Below are positions 19,103-29,095 of a DNA stretch of 47,202 nucleotides, piece by piece. Source of the stretch: an uncultured Spirochaetia bacterium (lineage in GTDB: Bacteria > Spirochaetota > CALGPD01); assembly GCA_964449345.1 (NCBI GenBank), contig CAYUYT010000004.1, forward strand, positions 1-47,202. The letters run 5' to 3'. The position numbers were made by a program, and so were the translations under genes. Each line of letters begins with the position of its first letter. Position 1 is the first letter of the stretch. A model generated the notes under the pieces. The model made no database searches. It saw only the letters and a list, made by a program, of their open reading frames with translations, and was not told the DNA's origin.

Positions 19103-20007
19103 TTTAAATCTCCTTTGACTTTTTTAGTATTCTTAAAATGCCATTTGACGTATTTTTTTAAACCTTTCTCACCGATTTTTTCAAGCAAATTTTTTGCCGT
19201 TTCATCGCATTTTTTCCCTGCCCCCAAAGGCAATTCAAGTCCGGCTTCCTGTGATAACTCCAGCATATTTTCCAGAAAAACCGACCGTGCAATAATTGAA
19301 GCTGCGGCAACCCCGGTATAGGTTTCTGCGCGTTCTTTTAAAACTAAATTATAATCATTACCTAGAAATTCTTTAATAAACCTTTCATCGCTAAATTTAT
19401 CAATTAAATAAACGCTTTTTTTATCATTAAAATCACGAATAAGCCAGGAGTAAGCTTGACCAAGCAAATGGTTTAGTTTTTTGTTTTGCTTTGAAAAAGT
19501 TTCAATGCTTTCGTTATACTCATCAGGCATGATAATTTTCACTTTATAAAAATTTCTTAAATCTTTTTTAAGAATTTCATAAATTTGTAAATTTTTTTTA
19601 TGTGTAAGTTTTTTAGAATCAGCAACACCGAGTTCATCTAAAACGTTTTTTACGTTATCGTTAAGAATAAACCCGCATAGTACAAGAGGACCGAAATAGT
19701 CGCCTTTTCCTGACTCATCCATACCTATATAGCCGTTTTTAAAATTAAAATTCGACTTACTTTTAACGGGAACTTTACCTGATAAAAGCAATAGTATTTC
19801 ATCTTTAAAACTAAAATTGCCTTCACAAACAAAGGAAAAACCTTTTTTTTGGGACCAATATATAACCACAACGCCTTTTTCCCCATTTTTTTGAAAAGTA
19901 ATTTTCTTTGCATATTGAATAGTCCGTATATCTTTTATTTCATACGAATATTCATGAATTTTATTGTTTAATCCTGATAAATAAGTGTCTATTTTACTAT
20001 AATGCAA
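19099..20007 (-). CDS. rnhC: ribonuclease HIII
   Basis: 302 aa. N-terminal extension plus GMDESGKGDYFGPLV (DESGKG signature of HIII). Confidence 0.85.
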   Translation of the reverse strand: MHYSKIDTYLSGLNNKIHEYSYEIKDIRTIQYAKKITFQKNGEKGVVVIYWSQKKGFSFVCEGNFSFKDEILLLLSGKVPVKSKSNFNFKNGYIGMDESGKGDYFGPLVLCGFILNDNVKNVLDELGVADSKKLTHKKNLQIYEILKKDLRNFYKVKIIMPDEYNESIETFSKQNKKLNHLLGQAYSWLIRDFNDKKSVYLIDKFSDERFIKEFLGNDYNLVLKERAETYTGVAAASIIARSVFLENMLELSQEAGLELPLGAGKKCDETAKNLLEKIGEKGLKKYVKWHFKNTKKVKGDLN

Positions 20008-20315
20008 GAATTTCGCCTTTTTTTATTTTTATAATTTCACATTTAAAGTTAAGAAAAATAATCGCCTTTTCAAAAAATAATTAGTTCTTTCTAATAATAT
20101 ATTAACGCTAAAATCGAAAAAGAAAAAATTAACAATTATTTTTATCTCACCCCGCAATTAGTTAAAAACGCAAATTTCCAAATTCACGTTATATAATTTA
20201 AGGTTGTTCTTGTAAGAAATTCTATTAATTGCAGATTTATTTTCTGTTTACTTTTTATATATTAAAAGTTATATTTTTGGTTGCTAAAATGTAAAAATTT
20301 GTAGAAGGCAAAATT

Positions 20316-20786
20316 GTGGCATATAAAACCGTTAAAAGTTGCATGAATTGTGAATATTTTGAACCATGGGAAGATAATATCCTCGTTGGTAAATGTTCAA
20401 GGCATAATGATTTAATGACTAATATTTTTTTTACATGCTATATTTACAAACAAGGAAAAAACGTATATAACTTGAATGAATATGAAAAACGCGTTGTTGA
20501 GGCATACAAAGAGCAGGATAAGCTAATGAATATTAACATAGGCAAAGCCGACGTATTTACTCAGTCTAATTTTTTAAATTCTAATAAATTCAACGTGCGT
20601 TTTATCGACAGTTGCAACAATTGCCGTTATTTTGATCAGTTTAAAGATACGGCGTTTTCTGGAAAATGTAAAAATAAAGGCGCTTTTATAGCAGACGTTC
20701 TTCATATATGCGAAAATTTTATGTCTGCCATGATTCGTTTAAAGATAATTCATCCTCCCTTAGAGCGGGATTTCCATGAAAAATAA
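20316..20786 (+). CDS. cysteine-rich hypothetical protein with duplicated CxxC...GKC...C module
   Basis: 156 aa, GTG start after GAAGG. The two related modules are SCMNCEYFEPW..GKCSRH..C and SCNNCRYFDQF..GKCKNK..C. Confidence 0.55.
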   Translation: MAYKTVKSCMNCEYFEPWEDNILVGKCSRHNDLMTNIFFTCYIYKQGKNVYNLNEYEKRVVEAYKEQDKLMNINIGKADVFTQSNFLNSNKFNVRFIDSCNNCRYFDQFKDTAFSGKCKNKGAFIADVLHICENFMSAMIRLKIIHPPLERDFHEK

Positions 20787-20898
20787 GTTTAAAATCCGGT
20801 GAACTAATATTTTTTGGGAGTCCACAAGTTTTCAGCACTATTATAAGGTATAAGTGCTTTAAACTTATTTCTCGCCGAAATTTTAAAGCTGCCCTGAA

Positions 20899-21291
20899 TT
20901 ATATTAAAGCTTCAAATTTCTTTTTAATAAAATCTTTTGTTTCCGCTGAAATTTTATCATATTTTTTTTCAAGCGTGCCTTCACGGCTTTCGAATACCTT
21001 TGCACCTTCAACGAGATTATCAAGGTCTTTTTCACTAATGCCTTTGGTATGAAGTTCAGGATAATCGGTTAAATCCAAAGTTAAATTAAATTTGTCTGAT
21101 AAAGCTTCAAGAAAAACGATGTCTATTGCAATTTGATAAGGGTCGCCAATATTGTTTCCGATCCGCATAGCTTTATAAGCAAATTTGTTTGTATGTACCG
21201 AGTGTATATCGATTTTATCGGAAATTTCTTTGGGTAGATTATGCTTGCTCAAATATTCATCGAGTATTTTCCGTCTTTCCGTATATTCCAT
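20899..21291 (-). CDS. hypothetical protein
   Basis: ORF 20899-21342. ATG at 21291 (MEYTERRK...) is preceded by GAAGGG. Confidence 0.5.
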   Translation of the reverse strand: MEYTERRKILDEYLSKHNLPKEISDKIDIHSVHTNKFAYKAMRIGNNIGDPYQIAIDIVFLEALSDKFNLTLDLTDYPELHTKGISEKDLDNLVEGAKVFESREGTLEKKYDKISAETKDFIKKKFEALI

Positions 21292-21391
21292 GATGAACCC
21301 TTCTGATGTTAAGTTAAAATAAATAGGGTTAACAACCCGCAATATTAATTATATAAATAATATAAAATTTTTTTTAAAAAATGCATTTTTT

Positions 21392-22165
21392 TTATTCCAA
21401 AGCAAAAAAAGAAAGCATTCTTCCTGTTTTTTCTCCGTCACGTCTATAGGAATAAAATAAATTCTCGTTTGTATAAGTGCAATAATTATCAGTATAAATG
21501 TTTTCCGCGTTAAGCCCCGCATTAACGAGATTGCTGTAATTTGCTTTATTTAAATCGAAAAAAAACTTTCTATCTCTTTCTATAAGAAATTCAGGCGAAA
21601 AATATTTTTTAAATTCCCTGCCCACCTGATACTTATCAGCCCCGATGCAAGGGCCTAAATACGCAATCATGCGTTCTGGAATACAGGAATATTTTTTTCT
21701 CATCAAATTTGCTGCTTTGCCTGCAATATTTAAACGCGTTCCTTTCCATCCGGCATGAACGAGGGAAATAACCTTTTTTAAAGGGCAATAAAGAAAAACG
21801 CTCATACAATCCGCTGTTTGTATTGTTAAAAATATTCTCTGCAAATGCGTTATCATTCCGTCAATTCCCGGTATTGCAGTTTGAGATGATTTTGCACCTG
21901 CCCCCTTATGGGAAGGTTTTATCATTAAAACAATATCTTCATGCACTTGATTGGCATAAACAAAAGTATTCTCATCCGCATTCAAATAATCGTATAAAAT
22001 TTCACGGTTATTAATAATGTGGTCAGGATTATCCCCAGAATTAAAACCCATATTAAGCGTTGCATAACTGTTTTCGCTTACACCGCCAATACGCGTTGTT
22101 ATTCCCGCAATTACGGGTAAAGTTTCAAAACATTTAGGGTGAATTATATTTATTCCGTTTTGCAT
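21392..22165 (-). CDS. pgeF: peptidoglycan editing factor PgeF (YfiH/laccase-domain family)
   Basis: 257 aa. ANQVHEDIV, TADCMSV, HAGWKGT motifs. Confidence 0.85.
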   Translation of the reverse strand: MQNGINIIHPKCFETLPVIAGITTRIGGVSENSYATLNMGFNSGDNPDHIINNREILYDYLNADENTFVYANQVHEDIVLMIKPSHKGAGAKSSQTAIPGIDGMITHLQRIFLTIQTADCMSVFLYCPLKKVISLVHAGWKGTRLNIAGKAANLMRKKYSCIPERMIAYLGPCIGADKYQVGREFKKYFSPEFLIERDRKFFFDLNKANYSNLVNAGLNAENIYTDNYCTYTNENLFYSYRRDGEKTGRMLSFFALE

Positions 22166-22316
22166 ACGCAGATTTTAGAAAAAAGCCGGTATAATGTCAA
22201 GCAATATTAATAAAGTAAAAAAGGTCAGTTTTATTTAAATAAAAATAAATTCAATTTTGGCTTCTTAGGTAAATTGTTTATTAGAAAAACGGGTTTGCAA
22301 TTTTTAATTTTGCACT

Positions 22317-23741
22317 CTAAAAGAGTTTTGTAGTTATATCCTTGCCCACGAGTTTTGATAAATTTGCAATCGCAAGGTAATAGTTATAGATAGCGTTGAA
22401 ATATGCTTTTCTCGTTGAAGCGTAGGAACTTAAACCCGACCTTATATCAGATGCGGAAGCACTGTCTATCATAAACATTTTATATGTATGTAGCATCCAG
22501 CGTTTTCCGTTTAAGAAAGCATTTTCACGGTAACGCAATTTTTTTTCCATTTCTTTTACGCTTAAATACGCGCTTTTTACATCAATAGGAAGTTTTTTCT
22601 TGAGCATTTTAATTTGTTCGTCAAGTTTAACCATATCAGCGCGTTTCTCGTCAATAATATTATCCTGTTTGCCAAATTTAGTGGAATAACTTATGCCTAT
22701 ACCCATAAAGAACGAAAATGAAGAGTTATCCATAAGCCATGATGTATCAATATTATTTGTACTTCCCGCTGCGCTTGCTCTAATTATTGCGAATAGAATA
22801 GGGTTTAACTTTGTTTTTTCATACTCAAATAATGCTTTTTTAGCCGCAAGCCCGAAAACCGCTTTTCTGTATTGATAATTATTCCTGAATGCAAGTTTAA
22901 TGTAATAATCAACGGGTTTTAATTTGATTATTTTTTCGTTAATTTTATCCTGTTGCAACTGGAATTTTTTATTTGAGGGAATATCTAAGAATGATTTAAA
23001 TGCGGCCTTAGCAACGGCTAAATTTTTATCAAGCGTGGCTTGATTAGCCAATAAATCCATTTTCATAATGCGTAAACTGTACAAAGAGGATTTTTGAACT
23101 TTGCCTTTCTTATAATCTTTTTCCGTTTTATCCAGTGATTTATCAAGTTTCTCCATAACGGTTTCCATAATATATTTTTTTATGGACATAGCGTATAAAT
23201 AACCGTAATAATACTTTTTTATTTCATAAATTAAATCCGCTTTTGTGCTCGTTGTGCTTATCTGTTGAACTTTTAATCCGCTTTTTGCCGCTTTAAGTCC
23301 TTTTGGTATTCTTCCGAAGGTGTAAAGCGGGATATTTATTGATAAACTCGTTGTCCCTGCAAAACCCCATTTTTTAAAATCCACGTTCCATGCAGACGGT
23401 GCGTGGGGAGCCGGAAAACCTCCGGCGTAAAAACTTAATTCGGGATTTCTTTCGGATTTTATTTGCCTAATTTTTGCTTTATAAATTTGTTCTGATGCTT
23501 TTGAAGATTTTAAAATAGGCGCGGAGCGTAAAACGCGTTTTAAAATCTGTTTTAAACTAAAACCCTTCTTTTTTTGAAGGGTAACTTTTTTATTCGGGTC
23601 AAAGTTGGTAAATAATCCTCCTGTATCGGGCGGCGCAGCCGTTTTAGCGGCAACGAGTTTAGTTTTATTTTGTTTTTTCTGCGCTGAAAAGACTGGTATA
23701 AATAATAATAAAACAAATAATGCTGTTATTGTTTTTCTCAT
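22317..23741 (-). CDS. TolC-family outer-membrane efflux protein
   Basis: 474 aa. Signal peptide. Long helical repeats with outer-membrane-factor-like periodicity. Assignment is by pattern only. Confidence 0.6.
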   Translation of the reverse strand: MRKTITALFVLLLFIPVFSAQKKQNKTKLVAAKTAAPPDTGGLFTNFDPNKKVTLQKKKGFSLKQILKRVLRSAPILKSSKASEQIYKAKIRQIKSERNPELSFYAGGFPAPHAPSAWNVDFKKWGFAGTTSLSINIPLYTFGRIPKGLKAAKSGLKVQQISTTSTKADLIYEIKKYYYGYLYAMSIKKYIMETVMEKLDKSLDKTEKDYKKGKVQKSSLYSLRIMKMDLLANQATLDKNLAVAKAAFKSFLDIPSNKKFQLQQDKINEKIIKLKPVDYYIKLAFRNNYQYRKAVFGLAAKKALFEYEKTKLNPILFAIIRASAAGSTNNIDTSWLMDNSSFSFFMGIGISYSTKFGKQDNIIDEKRADMVKLDEQIKMLKKKLPIDVKSAYLSVKEMEKKLRYRENAFLNGKRWMLHTYKMFMIDSASASDIRSGLSSYASTRKAYFNAIYNYYLAIANLSKLVGKDITTKLF

Positions 23742-23882
23742 AAATTTTCCTAAAATTATTTAGCGAATATAAATATATATAAAATTACGAATATAAAAAA
23801 TATTAATATTTTTTACGCGTTTTATAAACACCGGTGCAAAAAAAATATTCCTTCTATAAAATTATCGGCAGGAAAGTCTTAG

Positions 23883-24587
23883 TCAGGTATTAATACGTGA
23901 ATCAAGATTAAATATTTGTCCGCTTACGTTTTCCATAATAGACAGATTATAAATAAAATTTGCCAATTCATCCGCATTCTGTAATCTTTTTAACAAATGC
24001 GTTTGTTTTATTTTATCAATGGCTTTTTTCGTTAATTTAGCAGTTATTGAAGAATTGATGAAACCGGGTAAAACAATATTCGCCCGAATATTGTTTTGCG
24101 CCCCCTCCCTTGCTAAAGATTTTGTATATGCTATTAAAGCGCCTTTGGAAGCGGAATATGCACTTTGCCCTTGTCTTCCCTGTAATCCGGAAATTGAAGA
24201 TAAATTAATAATGTGAGCGCCTTTTTGGCTGTTTTTTAGAATTTCTCCGGTTAATAAAAATATTGATTTTAGGTTAACGTTTAAAATATCCGTAAAATCC
24301 TCTTCTGATTGTCTTATACATAAAGCGTCTTTTGTAATTCCCACGCAATTAATATTTATAATTTTTTTATTAAAATCCATTTCTTTTACACATTCTTTTA
24401 TAAATGAATTTTCGGTCATATCCCCTGTTTTTATAAAGTATTGAGGATTTTTAACCTGTGGTTTAACTTTATCCATAAGTAAAACGGAAAAACCTTTATC
24501 AATAAATTTTTGCGATATTTTTTTCCCGATGTGTCCCCAAGCGCCTGAAATAACGGCAAAGTATCGGTTGTTAAAATTATTTTGCAT
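23883..24587 (-). CDS. short-chain dehydrogenase/reductase (FabG-like)
   Basis: 234 aa. Gly-rich N-terminus, NLSSISG, YSASKGAL (YxxxK). Confidence 0.8.
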   Translation of the reverse strand: MQNNFNNRYFAVISGAWGHIGKKISQKFIDKGFSVLLMDKVKPQVKNPQYFIKTGDMTENSFIKECVKEMDFNKKIININCVGITKDALCIRQSEEDFTDILNVNLKSIFLLTGEILKNSQKGAHIINLSSISGLQGRQGQSAYSASKGALIAYTKSLAREGAQNNIRANIVLPGFINSSITAKLTKKAIDKIKQTHLLKRLQNADELANFIYNLSIMENVSGQIFNLDSRINT

Positions 24588-24706
24588 AAAACCTTCCGAT
24601 TTTTTTAAAATCTTTGATTTTTTAAATTCATATTAAACATATTCAAAACCAAATTCAAGATTAAATATACCCCTATCCGTTAATATAAGAGAATAAATTT
24701 GTTTTA

Positions 24707-25824
24707 ATGAATGAAAAAGTAATGAAAAAAATTTTACTCGTTTTATACATATTTTTGTTAAGTTCTTATGTTTCGCACTCGCGGTATAGTGTCAATTCTC
24801 GTTATTTTCATCTTGCAAATTTTGCGCAAAGTTATCGCTTACAGTTATCCTATAGCGTAATAAAAGATAGAATAATATTGTATAAAAGTGGTTACCGAAT
24901 TTATTTACGTCCGGGCACCGATGTAATTTTGGTCAACTCAAAAGTTTTTCAATTACCCGATGTTGTGCGGAAAAGCAACGGCAATATTTTAATTCCGAGA
25001 GCAATGGCTTCTTTAATTGAAAAGTTATTTAAGGGTAAGCTTAGTATTAGTAAACAGTCATTTTTAAAGAAAAAATTTAAAATTTCCCCAATACCCGAAA
25101 AAAAGGAATTAAGTGTTAATAAAAAGCTCGTAATAATTTTAGATGCAGGGCATGGAGGTAAAGACCCCGGTTGTATTAATAAACGCTATGGTGTTTATGA
25201 AAAAAACATTGTTTTGCCTGTTGCAAAATATACATATACGTATTTACGGAAAATGCTCCCTCATGCCAAAATAGCGCTTACGAGGAAAAACGACAGGTTT
25301 TTAAATTTGGAGTCTCGCGCAAAAATTGCTAACGGATATGTAGACAATAATTCCAAAGGAATATTTATTAGTTTTCACGTTAACTATAGCATTTTTAACA
25401 GCGCTTCTTCGGGAATAGAAACTTTTTATTACGCCCCGAATTCATATTCAGCCAGAAAAGAAAAGGACATATTAAATTACCGAATTCGCAATATTTCCAG
25501 GATTTATTACAATGATACTTTACAAGGCAATAATTTAAAAATCGCGGCTCGCATGCTTGATTTAAAATTAAGCCGTGAATCAAAAGAGTTAGCTAATACG
25601 CTTCAACGCAACGTTGTTTCTGCCCTGCCTAATAAAACGGGATTAAGCGGGATAGATTTTTCGTTCTTGCTCATACTATTATGCCTTCTATATTGCTTGA
25701 ATTAGGTTTTTTGTCTAATAGGCGCGAAACCCGTTTATTAATTAATAAGCGTTATCAAAAGTCTCTTGCAAAGGGAATAGCCCGTGGAATAAAAGAATAT
25801 TCAAAAGTATATTTAAGTAATTGA
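24707..25824 (+). pseudogene. N-acetylmuramoyl-L-alanine amidase (Amidase_3, AmiC-like) interrupted by a 1-nt frameshift
   Basis: The ORF ends at 25705 with a junk tail. The +2 frame from 25636 reads NGIKRDRFFVLAHTIMPSILLELGFLSNRRETRLL...GIARGIKEYSKVYLSN* (stop 25822-25824), the canonical Amidase_3 C-terminus. The shift maps to the aaaa run at 25634-25637. Confidence 0.85.
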
Positions 25825-25855
25825 CACCTTAGTTTGTATTAGTTATTATAAATTC

Positions 25856-26368
25856 GTGGATAAAATTAGAAAAATAAACAGGTTAAGAGTCTTTATAATA
25901 TCGTTTTTATTTTTTTCGTTTTTGGGGATTGTTTGTTTTTTTTATTTACAAAAGCAATTTTCCGGTAATAGAGTTGTGCTTTTTTTTCTTAACCAGGAAA
26001 AAACCGGTTTAGTAAAAGAAATGCGCAGATTAGATTTTTCCGGGGTGAAAACAGTTAATATATTCAAAACGTTAAAGGAATTAACTTACGGTCCATTAAC
26101 TTATGAATTCGAGTCGGTTTTAAGCTCGGATTCGAAAATACTAAATATTTGGTTGCGGGATAATACTTTATATGTTAACATAAATAAAGAGAGTTTTGCT
26201 ATAAGGGATAAAAAACATTATGCCATATACTCTTTAAATAAAACAGTTTTTAAAAATTTTCCTTTTATAAAAAAGGTTAAATATTTAATAGACGGAGAAA
26301 ACGTGCCTACAATAACCGGAACGAATAATTTCGGAATTTTTTATGTACGAGGTCAAGAAAAAAAATAA
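25856..26368 (+). CDS. GerMN-domain protein
   Basis: 170 aa, GTG start, N-terminal TM segment. LKELTYGPL...LNIWLRDNTLYVNINKE...VKYLIDGENV fits the GerMN pattern. Adjacent to the amidase, a common arrangement. Confidence 0.6.
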   Translation: MDKIRKINRLRVFIISFLFFSFLGIVCFFYLQKQFSGNRVVLFFLNQEKTGLVKEMRRLDFSGVKTVNIFKTLKELTYGPLTYEFESVLSSDSKILNIWLRDNTLYVNINKESFAIRDKKHYAIYSLNKTVFKNFPFIKKVKYLIDGENVPTITGTNNFGIFYVRGQEKK

Positions 26369-26503
26369 TTTTGTATCGACATTTTTTTTATAAGATTTAG
26401 CAATTTTTTATTTGAATTTTTAGTTTTATATATTGGATGTCGATATGAATTAATAAGTAAATTTTTTTGTTAAAAAATATGGATAATAAAATTAAATTTT
26501 TTA

Positions 26504-26532
26504 TTGACATTTTTCTGAAAAAATTTATAAAT
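26504..26532 (+). promoter_or_regulatory. sigma70-type promoter for flaA copy 1
   Basis: TTGACA (26504-26509), 16-17 nt spacer, TATAAAT (26526-26532), ~53 nt before the ATG. Confidence 0.55.
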
Positions 26533-26584
26533 AATAAAGGCAAGAATTTTTTTGAAATATAAATTTGTGAAAGGAGTCTCTATT

Positions 26585-27688
26585 ATGAAAAAAATTGCAT
26601 TCGTGCTTATGCTCTCTGTTTTTGTGTTGGGAACTTTTTCAGGGCTTTTTGCTATTGAAAAGAAATTAATTAATTTTAACGATTATGAAAAAAAATTGAA
26701 AGAACAAAAAGTGTATCCTGAAGCTAAAGGAAAAGATGAAAACGGCGACGGAGTAATTGACTATAACGAAAGGAAAAAAGCTCTTGAAGTTGACCAAACG
26801 ACAGGGCTTCCTAAGTATGAAATTACTGTATCCGATATGTTAATCCAGAAATGGGTTGTGTTGCTTAACAGCTCAGCTAATTCTGTATCGGCAAAAAGGT
26901 ATTCAATGTGTAAAAAGGTTAAAACCAAAGGTAAATACACAAAAGACCCGAGAGATGTTCTCGGTGCGAGAATACACTTCCCTGCCGGCCCGTTTAATGC
27001 ATGGGCAAAAATAACGCCACCGTTTGAATTCAGAGCATTCGGTAAAGACGGTAAAATTGTAAGCGTTGAAAACGGTGTTGTTGACAACACAGGGCAAATT
27101 TACCAAATCGTTGTTGAGGTTAATGGAAGAAATTATAACCACAGCTTAACTTTAAGGTTAAAAGATGATCAGGAAGACATTACTGATTATTTCATGGGTT
27201 ACCTTTACTTTGCGGGATGGAAAAAACTTATTTGGAAAAATCCTAACTACATTGAAAACGTAGACATTAGGGAAATTTTCCGTCTTCCTCTTTACCCTAA
27301 ATCTGTACCTTATAAAAAACTTGATAGTTTTATTATATACAGACACGGTAATGTGCAGGGTGGTGATTTCGTTACCTACATCGCTAACGTTTCTATTGCT
27401 TATGACAAAGCGGTACTCGAAGAGGAAATGGACGTTGATGATGAAGAAGTATGGCAAATCATTACGCAAAGACAACAAGCTAGAGCAGCAATTGAAGAAA
27501 AAAGAAACGCTGAAATTGTTGAACTTCGCAGAAGAGAACAATTAAGACAGCATCAGTCAGTTGCAGCACAGCAAAGGAAAAAACAGCAGCAAGGTCAAGG
27601 CGGCGGCGCTCAAAATCAACCTGCTGGAAATCAAAATCAGCCAGGCGGAAATCAGCCGCAAAATCCACCTGCCGGCGGACAACAATAA
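26585..27688 (+). CDS. flaA: flagellar filament outer-layer (sheath) protein FlaA, paralogue 1
   Basis: ATG at 26585 after AAAGGAG. Signal peptide then LINF. The core FMGYLYFAGWKKLIWKNPNYIENVD..REIFRLPLYP...YDKAV matches the spirochaete FlaA family as I recall it. Q/N/G/P tail. Confidence 0.72.
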   Translation: MKKIAFVLMLSVFVLGTFSGLFAIEKKLINFNDYEKKLKEQKVYPEAKGKDENGDGVIDYNERKKALEVDQTTGLPKYEITVSDMLIQKWVVLLNSSANSVSAKRYSMCKKVKTKGKYTKDPRDVLGARIHFPAGPFNAWAKITPPFEFRAFGKDGKIVSVENGVVDNTGQIYQIVVEVNGRNYNHSLTLRLKDDQEDITDYFMGYLYFAGWKKLIWKNPNYIENVDIREIFRLPLYPKSVPYKKLDSFIIYRHGNVQGGDFVTYIANVSIAYDKAVLEEEMDVDDEEVWQIITQRQQARAAIEEKRNAEIVELRRREQLRQHQSVAAQQRKKQQQGQGGGAQNQPAGNQNQPGGNQPQNPPAGGQQ

Positions 27689-27723
27689 GAGCATAAAATT
27701 AGCTTATAATATATAGCCGAGAT

Positions 27724-27757
27724 AAAAGCCCTTCAATTTGAAGGGCTTTTCTCGTTT
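27724..27757 (+). terminator. intrinsic terminator after flaA copy 1
   Basis: 9-bp stem agcccttca / tgaagggct, loop att, then ttttctcgtttt. Confidence 0.75.
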
Positions 27758-27860
27758 TAAGCCGATTTTTTGAAAAAATTGTTAACTTTTTTTTACTTCT
27801 TCCGACAGTTAAATATGTTAACACACATAACCCATGTTCCTATTTATAGGGAGGAGTATA

Positions 27861-28958
27861 ATGAAAAAAATTATTTTTACAATGTTAGTTGCGGTTTTCA
27901 TACTTGGAAGTTTCTCAAGTATATTTGCCGTACAAAAAGAATTAATCAATTTTGATAAGTATGAATCAAATTTAATAAAAGACAAAGTTTATCCTAATAT
28001 AAATCCAACGCGGTTACAGGACCCGAATACAGCGGAAAAAGATAAAACAACAGGCGTGCCGATTTATAAAATTTCCGTTTCCGATATGCTTATTAGGCGC
28101 TGGCTTGTGGTTATTAATAGCTCGGGCTCTTCTGTTGAAGCCAAAAGATATTCCTATTGTAAACCCGTACAGACAAAAGGCGTTTACGGCGGAAAAAAAA
28201 GATGGGTTCTCGGCGCTAGAATACATTTTCACCAGCTACCTTATAACACATGGGCAAAAATTAAACCACCATTTGAAATCGTAGCATTTGATAAAGAAGG
28301 TAAATTCGTGAACATCGAGAACGGCGTTATCGATAATACGGGGCAAATATACCAGATAATCCTTGAAGTTAACGGTAGAAATTATAACAATAGCATTACT
28401 CTAAGAATGAAAAATGAAGTTGACGAAACAAAGGATTACTTTATGGGGTATTTATATTTTGCGGGCTGGAAAAAATTAATCTGGAAAAATCCGAATTACA
28501 TCGAGAACGTTGACTTGAGGGAAATTTTTCGCCTGCCCCTTTACCCAAGGTCTATACCGTATAAAAAATTCGTAAGTTTTATAATTATGCGTCAGGGAAC
28601 GGAAACCGGCGGGGATTTTATAGTATATATTGCCAACGTTAACGTTTCCTATGATAAAGCTATAGTTATAGAAGAAATGGATATTGATGATGAAGCAGCT
28701 TGGCAAATAATAACACAGCAACAACAAGCGCGGGCAGAACGCGAAAGAAGAATTAATACTGAAGTTATAGACATCAGGCGCGGCGAAGCAAAACGCCAGC
28801 ATAATTCAGAGGAAATTATAAAAAACAGGCGGGAAAGAGAAGTTAGAGACGTCCAACGCGCAGGAGGGCAAGCTCCGGGCGGTGGAAACCAAAATCAACC
28901 CGCAGGTAACCAAAATCAGCCTAATCAACCCGGGGGAAATCAGCAACCGCCTAATTAA
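27861..28958 (+). CDS. flaA: flagellar filament outer-layer (sheath) protein FlaA, paralogue 2
   Basis: ATG at 27861 after GGGAGGAG. About two-thirds identical to paralogue 1 by eye. Same conserved core and a similar NQ-rich tail. Confidence 0.72.
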   Translation: MKKIIFTMLVAVFILGSFSSIFAVQKELINFDKYESNLIKDKVYPNINPTRLQDPNTAEKDKTTGVPIYKISVSDMLIRRWLVVINSSGSSVEAKRYSYCKPVQTKGVYGGKKRWVLGARIHFHQLPYNTWAKIKPPFEIVAFDKEGKFVNIENGVIDNTGQIYQIILEVNGRNYNNSITLRMKNEVDETKDYFMGYLYFAGWKKLIWKNPNYIENVDLREIFRLPLYPRSIPYKKFVSFIIMRQGTETGGDFIVYIANVNVSYDKAIVIEEMDIDDEAAWQIITQQQQARAERERRINTEVIDIRRGEAKRQHNSEEIIKNRREREVRDVQRAGGQAPGGGNQNQPAGNQNQPNQPGGNQQPPN

Positions 28959-28987
28959 CAGTAATGAAAATTTAACTTAACATATAG

Positions 28988-29029
28988 AAAACCCTTTCCG
29001 ATTAAAAACGGATAGGGTTTTCGCTTTTT
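28988..29029 (+). terminator. intrinsic terminator after flaA copy 2
   Basis: 12-bp stem aaaccctttccg / cggatagggttt (one mismatch), then tcgcttttt. Confidence 0.7.
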
Positions 29030-29051
29030 AAATAAAATCGCGTATTTTGAT

Positions 29052-29080
29052 TTGACTTTAAAAAAGTTTTTTTTTAATAT
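29052..29080 (+). promoter_or_regulatory. sigma70-type promoter for tRNA-Phe
   Basis: TTGACT (29052-29057), 17-nt spacer, TAATAT (29075-29080), 15 nt before the tRNA 5' end. Confidence 0.5.
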
Positions 29081-29095
29081 TGATTGTACAAAAAC

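Noticed and set aside
27756-27770. GCCGAT word upstream of flaA copy 2 as a sigma28 -10 box
   Set aside because: There is no TAAA -35 element at the required 15-nt spacing, and the -10 reads GCCGATTT rather than GCCGATAA.
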